This document shows positions 38,269 through 52,622 of a DNA stretch of 64,000 nt, piece by piece. Made by a program: the position numbers and the translations under genes. The notes under the pieces are model-generated. The model was not told the origin of the DNA. It did not search any database and saw nothing but the letters and a program-made list of their open reading frames with translations. The DNA lies in contig OX597816.1 in the NCBI GenBank assembly GCA_951406725.2, forward strand, positions 57,970,001 to 58,034,000, read 5' to 3'. Source of the DNA: Octopus vulgaris. Its lineage: Eukaryota. How positions within the stretch are numbered: position 1 is the first letter of the stretch; the number at the start of each line of letters is the position of its first letter.

Positions 38269-39792
38269 TACTACAATAATCCCTAACATATCGTTGAGAC
38301 TTTCTCATTATATAATAGTGATTAAGCAGTGGAATTTTTGGATTATTTAGATATTTAATCCCTAATGAAGACCTGACATCCTCAAATAGGATGTGGCTGT
38401 GTGGTAAGTAGCTTGCTTACCAACCACACGGTTCTGGGTTCAGTCCCACTGCGTGGCACCTTGGGCAAGTCTCTTCTATTATAGCCTCAGGCCGACCAAA
38501 GCCTTGTGAGTGGATTTGGTAGACAGAAACTGAAAGAAGCCCATCATATGTGTGTGTGTGTGCCTTTGTTTGTCCCCACCAACATCGCTTGACAACCGAT
38601 GCTGGTGTGTTTACCCCCCCCCCCCCGTAACTTAGCGGTTTGGCAAAAGAGACCGATAAAATAAGTACTAGGCTTACAAAGAATAAGTGGGGTGGCTTTA
38701 CTTCACAAAAGGTGATACTCCAGCATGGCCACAGTCAAATGACTGAAACAAATAAAAGAATAAAAGTATATATATGAGCACCGCCACGACAACATAAAAA
38801 CCAATTTACCTTTTCTGTCCTCCGTGTGTCTTTGCAAATGTGTTGGAATGATAAGTGAGTTGTGTTTTTGCGCCTTTTTTACTAATAACAAACATTATTA
38901 TTGTTTTTTTGTATTTATATTCGCATTACCTTTTGTTTTTGTATTTATATTTGTGTGGCATCGTCCGTTTTTCTGAACTTGTTTCGTATACATTCAATCC
39001 TTTTTCCAAGAAATCTAATGCTCGTAGCTTAGTTTTTCCTTGGGGCTGGCGATCTCAAGATTAATCAGCCGAAATTGCGAGGATGATCCGGTTCTTGACT
39101 GAAGATTAGAGGCTTCAAATGACCCGTCTGTTTTTTGTGTCGTCTATTTGAATGTTTTGCGATCTTGTCCCATTTTGTATTTTTATATATATCTTTATAT
39201 ATAAAAATGTAGTTGTGTGTCTGTCTCCACTGATTTAGATTCCTAACTATTCCCACATTTTGCGGTGCAGTTTAACCAAAAGCGAGTATCTTATAGTCGT
39301 GATTCATATCGAGCCCTTCTGGGTATTAGCGCGCGTCTAAGATGAGTCTATGATTTAAAAAAAAATTTACCATAATTTTTCTGCATTTTTAATGCATTTT
39401 CGCTCGGTTTATATAAAGGAAGTAACTCTCTAAAAATGTATTATTAAATCTCAGAACGTAAAAAGCTTCAGTAACACCCCCCTTTGTGGTTAGCCATATT
39501 GAGATGGCTATTATACTTTACATCTTTAAAAATGCTTATATAGTTATTTCCCTTACAAACCTGAGCAACGCCGGGCGATACTGCTAGTATATGTATATAT
39601 ATACATATACATATATATATATATATATAGAGATATAGGTGCTGGCATGACTGTGTGAGAAGCTTGTTTCCCAATTATGTGGTCTTGGGTTCAGTCCCAG
39701 TTCACAGCACTTTGGGTAAATGTCTTCTATTATAGCCCTGGGCTGACCAAAGTAATGTGAGTGGATTTGGAAGAAGCCTGTTTATGCATGCA

Positions 39793-39839
<47 letters not shown>

Positions 39840-40524
39840 ATGTGTACCTTTGCTTTAACAACATGTAACGGTTGTAAAAGTCCATCATTGACATACAAGT
39901 GCTGTTCTTTGTTCTTAGTCTTCTGTGAGAAACATGTCTGGCCAAAGGGAAATATTACTTTGCTTGGAAATCAGGTGAGGGTTAGTGGCAGGAAAGGCAT
40001 CTGAACAGAAAGACTTCAACAAATTGCTTCTGACCCATTATAAGCATAGAAACAAATGCTTTTAAAGTTATTCAAATAACTTAAAAAAAAAAAATTAATG
40101 TCTTTACAATCTCTTCAGATAGACATTTATCCAGGGTGCCACCCAGGGAGACTGAACCTTAGGCTACATGGTAGGGAGGCGAGCTTCTTAACCACACAGC
40201 CATACCTGCACCTATGTGGCAATTATAGGAATAATACTACAAGAGCTTTAAGAATTAGGTGAGGAGAAACCGAGAAGATGAATCATTCATCATCATCATC
40301 GTCGTCGACTTTTAACGTCTGCTTTCCATGCTGGCATGGGTCGGACTCCAGTCTTGATCTGGCAGAGTTTCTACAGCTGGATGCCCTTCCTAATACCAAC
40401 AACTGAGTGTAGTGGGTGAAGGCTTTAATTATCAGAGAGGTTTGCTAGTCCAAGCAGGGATTCAGGCCACAGATTCACAAGAAGCTACTACAACATGACT
40501 AAGAAACAAGTTAGAAATACTTAC

Positions 40525-40601
40525 AGGTGCAAGTAAGTTCCAAACGTCAGAATATTAGTGCAGTGTAACTTCCATATAATCTCCAAGCATAAATCAGAGT
40601 T
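40525..40601 (-). CDS. FANCA: FANCA exon (exon 6 equivalent), 77 nt, phase 0->2
   Basis: tttctttcatag|NSDLCLEIIWKLHCTNILTFGTYLH(L)|gtaagt; matches human [24 protein letters not shown]. Confidence 0.92.
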
Positions 40602-41051
40602 CTATGAAAGAAAAATAGAGGATATAGATATAAATATACAGATACAACATCATCATCATCGGTTAATGTTTGCTTTCCATGCTGGCATAGGTTGAATAGT
40701 TTGACTAAGGACTGGCAAGCCAGGAGGCTGCACCAGGCTCCAATCTGATATGACAAGGTCTCAACAGCTGGATGCCCTTCCTAACACCAACTGCTTCAAG
40801 AGTTTAGTGGGTGTTTTTCACATGCCATCGGCACGGGTGCCAGTCTGACGACACTGGCATTGGCTACGTCTACAATTTCACAGTCACTACAACAAAAACT
40901 CAAAGAAAATGAATGTATGGTTTAACACTTCTTGCATGACACAGTAGTGCATAGGACGGTATCGGTCAACCAGTCCTGAACTGCAGAATATCACACAAAT
41001 TATACTAACCTTACATTCATTTTGAAGGAAGTGTGGAACCTCTGACCCCTT

Positions 41052-41224
41052 ATAGTTCTATATTTAAGAAATGAGGAATTATGTACATTATTTACATTTG
41101 ATGGATATTTGTCTTCATCTTGTTTGTTGCTAACACAACGTTTCGGCTGATACACCCTCCAGGTTTCATCAAGTGTCTTGGGAAAATTTTGAACCTGAGT
41201 TCTCATTCCTAAGGTATTTTTCGA

Positions 41225-41259
<35 letters not shown>

Positions 41260-41498
41260 TCATGGGCATATGGCGTGGTGGTTATGAGCATGGGCCACTA
41301 ACCCCAAGATTCTGAGTTCAATTCCAGGTAGTGACCTGAATAATAACAACAACAACATTGAAAAATACCTTAGGAATGAGAACCCAGGTTCGACATTTCC
41401 CCAAAACACTTGATGAAGGCTGGAGGGTATATCAGCCGAAACAGTGTGTTAACAACAAACAAGATGAGGACGAATATCTGTCAAATGTAAATAATGTA
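41052..41498. mobile_element. Palindromic tRNA-head/hammerhead element, copy 3
   Basis: Two inverted arms; TSD ctct(g/a)acccctt at 41040-41051 and 41499-41510. Confidence 0.85.
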
Positions 41499-42277
41499 CT
41501 CTAACCCCTTCTATCATCTGTTTCTGTTACATAATGGAATTATTACAAGACTGGACTTTCCACTTACAAAATTTTAAAAGGAATTTAGCAAAAGAGTTCT
41601 CTGGAAATGCTTAATTTTAATTTAACAGCAGCTTCAGTATTGAAGTCACCATTACCACTATCATCATCATCATTGTCATCAAGGTTCTAATTTTCCCCTT
41701 CAAGAAATATATATTTACATGAGGGCCCTTCATCCTGAAATATAGAAATACAAGGTAAAACTGCAACTTTGTTCTGTTTTCTTTTCATTTTGTTGTTCAC
41801 TTTGTACTGTCTCGCATTGCTCAGGCTGGCATGTAAAAAGCACCATTCGAGCGTAGCCATTGCCAGTGCCGCCTGACTGGTTTCCTGCTGGTGGCATGTA
41901 AAAAGCACCATTCAAGCATTGCTGTTGCCAGTACCACCTGACTGGCCCCCATGCTGGTAGCACGTGAAATGCACTCACTACCCTTTTGGAGTGGTTGGCG
42001 TTAGGAAGGGCAGCTGTAGAAACATTGCCAAATCAGATTGGAGCCTAGTGCAGCCTTCTGGCATGCTAGCCCCGAGTCAAACCGGGGGGGAAACCAGATC
42101 GAACCATCTCAAGTGTAACTGCCTGAAATGGTCGTGATTTTTGGAACTTGACTGAGGAAAGAAAGCCACGAATGACCCACCTATTTTTGCCTGTCCTTCT
42201 AATTGTCGTTTCTCTTGTCTGATTTTGTATTGTCTATCTATCCAAATGTTTTAATGTCCTTTATTGCATTTTGTTCC

Positions 42278-42319
<42 letters not shown>

Positions 42320-42655
42320 TGAAACCCACTTCGGTCATGACTGACCATGGGATTGCACCTAGAAAGTTACCCTCCCAGGCACAAGTCTGGGCAAGGTTGT
42401 TTATGGAAGACCAGCAGTCGCCCATGCATACCGTCCTCCCCTCTCCACGCCACCAGTGTTATCCAAGGGAAAGGTAAAGGGGCCGATACAGCTTGACACC
42501 TGTGACATAGCAACTCATTTCTACAGCTGGGTGAACCGGAGCAACGTGAAATAAAGTGTCTTGCTCAAGAACACAACATGCAGCCCAGTCTAGGATTTGA
42601 ACTCACAACATCATGATCATAAGCTCGATGCTTTAACCACTGAGCCATGCGCCTT
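42320..42655 (-). mobile_element. Third tRNA-derived SINE family
   Basis: tRNA-like head GGCGCATGGCTCAGTGGTTAAAGC...GAGTTCAAATCC, then CTTGAGCAAGACACTT; 5' part also at 61290-61450. Confidence 0.75.
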
Positions 42656-44709
42656 CACACACACACACGTTATGTTTTAATACCAACTTATGCATGTGAA
42701 AGCCCATCCAGCCAGTAATGGAGTGAACACGTGAGCAATATACACTAAAAAATAAGGTGGCAAGCTGGCAGAAACGTTAGCACGCTGGGTGAAATGCTTA
42801 GCGGTATTTCGTCTGTCTCTACATTCTGAGTTCATATTCCGCCGAGGTCGACTTTGCCTTTCATCCTTCCGGGGTCAATTAAATAAGTACCAGTTATGCA
42901 CTGGGGTCGATGTAATCGACTTAATCCTTTTGTCTGTCCTCTCTGTGTTTAGCCCCTTCTGGGTGGTAAAGAAATAGGTATTTCGTCTCTACGTTCTGAG
43001 TTCAAATTCTGTTGAGGTCGACTTTGCCTTTCATCCTTTCGGGGTCGATTAAATAAGTACCAGTTACCCACTGGGGTCGATATAATCAACTTAATCCCTT
43101 TGTCTGTCCTTGTTTGTCCTGTCTGTGTTTAGCCCCTTGTGGGCAGTAAAGAAATAGGAAACGTTAGCATGCTGGGTGAAATGCTTAGTGATATTTTGTC
43201 TGTCTTCATGTTCGGAGTTCAAAATTCGCCGATGTAAACTTTGCCTTTCATCCTTTCAGGGGTCGATAAATTAAGTATCAGTTGCATACTGGGGTCGATC
43301 TACTCAACTTCCCCACTCCCCCAAAATACACACTGATTAGAGCAGAACCCCAAAATTCATGTGCAAAACAAAGAAGTATGCAAATTAGAAGAATTATTAT
43401 TTGTACAAATTAACAAAATAGAAACACATTTACTAAACAAGGCAAAAGTCACCAAACTCAGTTCGGTACCAAGTCAGAACAGAACTGAATTAGAGCAATA
43501 TAACAATATATATAACGGCAAGTATTTTCTTCTTCTTCTCGAGGACAATTCAATTTTTGGTTCTCCATCCTCTGAAATCCTCCTTATTCATTAAATTTAC
43601 TGTATTACTATTGCTTTGATAATGAAGATTATACCAGAACTGAGCAGACCGAGATGAAGAATTATTCCAGATGCAACATATAAGGAAAAAAGCAAATTTC
43701 TTATGGGTGAAGGAACTGAACGTCACATTATTGGATATCCTTTCGTAAGACAGTGTATGAAATAAGGGTTATTATTTCTAACATGGAGTGACTCTCACAT
43801 TGGTTTCTATTGCTAGAGTTAAACCATTATGTAGAGGTTCCATCAACAACGACCATATTCCAAAGATGGTGGTTCTCTGAAGTTTTTAAATTAGTTTCTT
43901 TTCTTTAATTTTTTTCTTTTTTTTTTTGCATCTGATGTTAATTTGTTATGTCTGCATGAAGGGAGAGTGCCCGTGGCTGTTGTAGCCCTTCTAAGAACAG
44001 GGAGATCGCTCCATTTTAACCATTGTAGTTAACATCTGAGATGGTGCCCTAAAGCATGTGATCTTGGGAGTAAGGCTGGGTTTAGTGGGTTAGGGCAGAG
44101 CCTTGGAGGTGGATGAAAGAAGGTGGGACAGGTGGGTTGGAAATGCCTGAGTGGAAGTGGCACAAACTCGGTCAGCTCCAACGAGCAGAAGCCGTTATAG
44201 TAACAGTACAAAAGGCAGGGAGAGAGGATACAGCATACCTGTGAGCCAGGGGACCAGAGTATGCTTGAGAGTGGCTTTAAACTATTCACTCAAATAGCCT
44301 CTTTCTTGGATACCTGTGTGTAACATTGCAACCTAGGTTGTCTGCAGCTGCAGCAACACCATCTCAGATGCAGGAGCAATCCTTTATTGAAAGTTTCACC
44401 TAAGCTTTGTAAACTACCAGTAATTGTTAAGGGATGAGGTACCTTCTGGTCATGAACAGAAAGGGTTCATTATTGGAATGAGGCCCCAATAACCTCAAAT
44501 TAAGGATGGTGTTGGTTAACCCCACCTACAAAGCACCATTGTACACTGTGGTACCAAACCAAACCAAACCGTAGAACCACTAAAACAGCAACATCCTCTC
44601 CATAAAACTATTCTAGCAGAATCAGCTGGGAATACTTGACAGGAACTCCCCCACCACTACTACACTAATGAACCAATGAGGGACCCTCTTAATGTAGTCA
44701 CACATTATA

Positions 44710-44950
44710 CAGGGTGTTCAAAAAGTCTCTCCGCAGTGAATTTTTTTCATCCTATGCATCACCATGATGTTACTTCAAGAGTTTTTGGTGAACAGATTAT
44801 TTCGAAGGGACTTTGGCCATCAAGATCACCTGATTTAACACTGCCAGACTTTTTTTTTCTTTTCTGGAGAGCAAGTAAAGGATCAGTGTACAAGAATTGC
44901 CCAGAGACCATTATAAATGCTCACTGTGGAGAGACTTTTTGAACACCCTG
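44710..44950 (+). mobile_element. Tc1/mariner-superfamily internal-deletion derivative (241 bp)
   Basis: 30-bp TIRs CAGGGTGTTCAAAAAGTCTCTCC(G/A)CAGTGA, TA on both sides, transposase remnant WPSRSPDLTLPDFF. Confidence 0.9.
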
Positions 44951-45206
44951 TACTAGCAGTAGCAGCCAAATCTACACCAAATAAAATCCTATCAGTTTAA
45001 AAACAAAAGACACATTATTATACAATGTAGTCCAAGATACATTAGGTCCGACTATGACAGAGATGGTCAAGGCTAGAATGCAGATCAGAATTCTGCTCAG
45101 TTTGAACCGACTTGGAATGTTGAACCACCACTACCACAAATGACGGCGACGACGATGAGACGCCAACAACAACAACAACAACATAAAGATTATTGCTTAT
45201 ACTCAC

Positions 45207-45296
45207 AGTTGCAGAGATGTATTTGTGGAAGAAGTCCATTTCAAATTGTTGCTCTTTCAGTGAGAGTATGACATCGATTATGACTTGTAAGGAAAC
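45207..45296 (-). CDS. FANCA: FANCA exon (exon 5 equivalent), 90 nt, phase 0->0
   Basis: gctgtttcag|VSLQVIIDVILSLKEQQFEMDFFHKYISAT|gtgagt. Its 3' end is found spliced to the next exon in the retrocopy at 17537-17619, which supports the junction independently. Confidence 0.88.
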
Positions 45297-46622
45297 CTGA
45301 AACAGCAAAATCTCTGTTATAGATGATGGCTGTGAACTCATTGGGCGAGCATGACCATTGCTGACCGGTTAAGTGTTCAGAAATGCTCACACAATGGTTT
45401 TAGGTTGAGTGCAGCTTGCCCAACACCAAAAGGTGTTTTACTAGCAATACCAAAAAGCCAGCAGACAACCAAACTGCAAGGTATCTGACTCAGCAGAACA
45501 GCGGGTCTTATATATACAAGTTAGCCTTGACAAAGACCAGGTGTTTACGACACCTTTGGACACCAACCCAAGTATTTCTATGGCCCCATGCTTATATATT
45601 AGTTTATCCATGGCTGGGACCTTAACAGGTGCTACAACGAAAATAAAATCCTTTAAAGCAATATGTAAATAATGGAGATGTAGAGTAAAGAATGCACTGA
45701 ACAGGAACGCAATTATTTAGCAGTTACTGTGATGTGAAATTGAATCGACAAATGTAAACAAATGCCTTCCAATAACATGGACTTGCCCTTCCTCTCAAAA
45801 CTGCTGGCTGTGCAACCCACAATGGACTGGTATCCAGTTCAGGGGTGGGATGGGGATGTTGTGATCTTAGAGACTTACATGCCATGGAAACAGGGTAATT
45901 GGCCTTCGTCCAAGGGCCTGAGGAATCACATACACACACTGGGCTTCTTTCAGTTTCTGTTTACTAAATCAACTTTGGTCAATCCAGGGTCAGAGTAAAA
46001 GGCACTTTGCCTAAAATGCTATGGAACAGGCTTGAACCTAAAACCATGTCATTATGAAGCACATTTCTTAACCATATAGGTGCAGGCGTAGCTGTGTGGT
46101 AAGAAGTTTGCTTCCCAACCACATGGTTCTGGGTTCAGTCCCACTGTGTGGCACATTGGGTAAGAGCCTTTGACTATAGCTTCAGGCCGACCAAAGTCTT
46201 GCGAGTGGATTTGATAGATGGAAACTGAAAAGAAACCCATTGTGTTTGTCACCCATCATTGTTGACAACCAGTGTTGGTGTGTTTACATCCCTGTCACTT
46301 AGCAGTCCGGCAAAAGAGAATAACAGAACTAGTTCCAAACTTTAAAAAAAAAAAGAAGTCCTGGAGTTGATACATTTAACTAAAAGTTCTTCAGGACAGT
46401 GCCCCAGCATGGTCAAAGTCTAATGATTGAAACAAGTAAAAGATACAGTCCTGTTCGTACTTTTAAAAAATTTAAAACCTTGAGATTACCTGAAGACCAT
46501 TCGGTCAGTCCCCTAACTCCCTGGACATCCTCTTTCTTACATCTCTTTCTTTTCTCCAAAATCAAAGGCAGAACAACCAAAAAACAAAAACAAAAAAATC
46601 AAACAATACAAAACCCTCGTAC

Positions 46623-46777
46623 ATGTGCTTTGTCTTGCAGTATATCTTCATAGTCCGAAGAGGTCTCCTCTTTGGACAGCTGCATGATCACAGAACCACA
46701 GTAATTGGCAGCTACAAGATTGAAAGGTTGTCCAGAACGAGCCACTTCGTTATGAAGCCATTCCATACAAGCATCAA
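46623..46777 (-). CDS. FANCA: FANCA exon (human exon 4 equivalent), 155 nt, phase 1->0
   Basis: ttttccag|...|gtacga. Translates (x)DACMEWLHNEVARSGQPFNLVAANYCGSVIMQLSKEETSSDYEDILQDKAH, resembling human [27 protein letters not shown]. Phase fits the next exon. Confidence 0.75.
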
Positions 46778-47232
46778 CTGGAAAAGATCAAAAACAGCTT
46801 CATAAGAAATTTAACTCATTCACTGAACCCTAACCCTCACACATTTGGGTTCATGTATCAAATGTAATCCAGATTCATTCACATATATATACATACACAT
46901 ACATACGTATGCACATATATATATATATATATATATACACATACATATGCACATATATACATATATATATATATACACATACATATGCACATATATACAT
47001 ATACATTTATATATACATATATATACACACACACACACACATATATATATACACACACACACACATATATATACACACACACACACACACATATATACAC
47101 ACACACACACACACACATATATACACACACATATATACACACACACACACATATATATACACACACACACACATATATATACACACACACATATACACAC
47201 ACACATATATACACACACACACACACATATAT

Positions 47233-47327
<95 letters not shown>

Positions 47328-47328
47328 T

Positions 47329-47451
<123 letters not shown>

Positions 47452-47747
47452 TATATTGTGGCCGTTGCCAGCTTCACCTGGCCCCCGTGTCGGTGGCATG
47501 TAAAAAGCACCATCTGATCGTGGCCATTTGCCAGCCTCGTCTGGCACCTGTACCGGTGACACGTAAAAGGTACCCACTACACTCACGGAGTGGTTGGTGT
47601 TAGGAAGGGCATCCAGCTGTAGAAACATTGCCAGATCAGACTGGGCCTGGTACAGCCTCCTGGCTTCCCAGACCCCAGTTGAACCGTCCAACCCATGCTA
47701 GCATGGAAAGCGGACGCTAAACAAAGATGATGATGATGATGACAATA

Positions 47748-48506
47748 TTTTTATTTTATTTTATTTATTTTTATTTTTATCTAGTTTCAGCTCACAAGCT
47801 GTGGCCATGCTGGGGCACCGCCATTTGGTGTTGCTGCATGATTTTACTTCACAAATGCTTTTTAGCAATTGCCATTTGGTGCATGAGAGAGTTCGATGCA
47901 GCTGCCCTCATCTGCACCTCCTGCCGTGAAGTTGGTTCATCTGGGACACCTGACAAGAAGAGATCCAGTTTTATTTTAAAGATATCTGCATCCACCCCAT
48001 GCAGGTCTCTTAGGTTCTTCGGGAGGATATTGAAGAGCTGTGGGCCTTGGAAGCCCACAGTATCACAGTATCTTGTCCTACATCTTGATGGCAAATTTGG
48101 AGTCCTTAGCACTATGCAGTGGCACCCAGTTCTGGCATTTGTATAACTCTCGATGCCAAAGTTTGGGACAAGTCCTAGGATCTTCCAGATGTATATTATG
48201 GCATATCTTTCTCGCCTACGCTCTAAGGAATAGAGTCTCAATCTCTTGAGTCTTTCCCAATAGCTTATATGCTGCACAGAGGCTATCTTCTTCGTGTAGC
48301 TTCGTTGGATCGCCTCAAGTTCTGTGATTAACTTGACATTGGATGGTGACCATAGCTGAGAGCAATAGTCAAAGTGGCTTAGGACAAGTGTCCTCCAGAG
48401 GACCATCATGGTTTCCTGGTCTCTTGTTCTAAAGGTTCCAAGAATCCATCCGGTCAGCCGCCTACATTTCATTGCCAATTTAGCAACATGCACATGAAAG
48501 GTCACA

Positions 48507-48508
<2 letters not shown>
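47748..48508 (-). mobile_element. 3' fragment of the same CR1-like family
   Basis: Near-identical to 59130-59860 (YSLERRRERY...DEPTSRQEVQMRAAASNSLMHQ); (AAAAT)n tail. Confidence 0.9.
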
Positions 48509-48571
<63 letters not shown>

Positions 48572-49578
48572 TAGCATTATGACCCGTTGTTGCCGGGTCA
48601 TAGTGCTAGTGCATGTATATATGTGTATATATATATGTGTACATATTACATGTACATCTATATATATACATCTACACATAAAATACAAAATACAAAGTTA
48701 TATCTTGATATCGCTAGTGATAATAATACTCAAAATATATAACAGACTGGAATTGTAAGCCCGTCTCTTGCAATTTCGATCAATTGTATCTTGTCCTCCC
48801 TCTTGTATAGAAGTGTGGCTACAATCCAGCCTACCTCAACTTCTGGGGGGGGGGGTAATTTTTATCCGGCATGTCCTGTGTCCCAGATATAAAGGTAAAA
48901 ATAAAATATTTCCACTTTGCAAGTTCGAGTCGAGTACTCCCTTGCACGCTCCGTTGACTCGAACCTTGCTTCTATTGTGGTGAATTTACCGCCTCTGGTT
49001 AGATATCTTTCATAGTCACGCCAAGACACTTTTCGATGGTGCTTTCCTCCAAGTGTTCAAATCTTTTTTTTCTACATTGTATACTTTATAGACAATAGTC
49101 TTTTCTTTAATTTAATTTTTTATTATCCATCTGGACTATTCCATTTCTGCATGCTAAATTATTTTTAATTTATTCCCATTCATGTGAAACTACTTATTCA
49201 AGTTCAAGTCATTGATGCAATTTTATACCAATCGCTATTTTTACTTTTGTTATGTTACGATTATATTATACTTTAGTTTGATTTTAATTATTGCTTACTA
49301 CATATAATTCAATTATTATTATTTTTATTGTTAAAGTGAAAGTATCTGACATAAAATAGAGAAATGTTTTTGTTTCACTTTTAACACGTAATACTGAAAT
49401 AAAGATATGATATTGCTATGGGCTCGCTCTAGGCAAGAAGTCGAACATTTTTTTTGCCTATGACACACCCCGGACCCTAAGTAAGGCATGTGTAAAATTT
49501 GAATGAAATTCGTGGTGTAGTTCTCAAGTTTTAGGGAAACAGATAGACAGACACACATTCTCAGTTTTATATATATAT

Positions 49579-51431
<1,853 letters not shown>

Positions 51432-52254
51432 GGGCATTCAGCTGCAGAAACGCTGCCAGATCAGACTGGAGCCTGGTGCAGCCTTCTGGCTTCCCAGATC
51501 TCCAGTCGAACCCTCCAACCCATGCTAGCATGGAGAACGGACGTTAAACGATGATGATACACACACATATATATACTCTTTACTCTTTTACTTGTTTCAG
51601 TCATTTGACTGCGGCCATGCTGGAGCACCGCCTTTAGTCGAGCAAATCGACCCCGGGACTTATTCTTTGTAAGCCCAGTACTTATTCTATCGGTCTCTTT
51701 TGCCGAACCGCTAAGTGACGGGGACGTAAACATACCAGCATCGGTTGTCAAGCAATACTAGGGGGACAAACACAGACACACAAACATATACACACACACT
51801 TATATATATATATATATATATATACATATATACGACAGGCTTCTTTCAGTTTCCGTCTACCAAATCCACTCACAAGGCATTGGTCTGCCCGGGGCTATAG
51901 CAGAAGACACTTAACCAAGATGCCACGCAGTGGGACTGAACCCGGAACCATGTGGTTGGTTAGCAAGCTACTTACCACACAGCCACTCCTGCGCCTATAT
52001 ATATATATACACACACATATATATACACATAGGCGCAGGAATGGCTGTGTGGTAAGTAGCTATAGGCGCAGGAGTGGCTGTGTGGTAAGTAGCTTGTTTG
52101 CCAACCACATGGTTCCAGGTTCAGTCCCACTGCGTGGCACCATGGACAAGTGTCTTCTACTATAGCCTCGGGCCAACCAAAGCCTTGTGAGTGGATTTGG
52201 TAGAAGGAAACTGAAAGAAGCTTGTCGTATATATATGTATATATATGTATATAT

Positions 52255-52293
<39 letters not shown>

Positions 52294-52622
52294 GTTTAAC
52301 GTCCGCTTTCCGCGCTAGCACGGGTTGGACGGTTTGACCGGGTCTGGGAAGCCAGGGGCCGCTCCAGGCTCCAGTCTGAATCTGGCAGAGTTTCTACGGC
52401 TGGATGCCCTTCCTAACGCCAACCACTCCGTGAGTGGATTGGGTGCTTTTTACGTGCCACCTGCACAGGGGCCGGAGGGTCCGGCATCGTCACGATCGGA
52501 TTCGAGCATTTTAACGTGTCAGCGGCACGGGGGCAACGAGGTCCGGGGTACTTTGGGGATTGGGGTATTTTGGGGATCCAGGGTACTTTGGGGATCCGGG
52601 GTACTTTGGGGATCCGGGGTAC

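Noticed and set aside
39030-39130. Hammerhead in a repeat fragment (GGCTG...CAGCCGAAA)
   Set aside because: A stem II-like pairing is present but there is no CUGANGA core at the right position.
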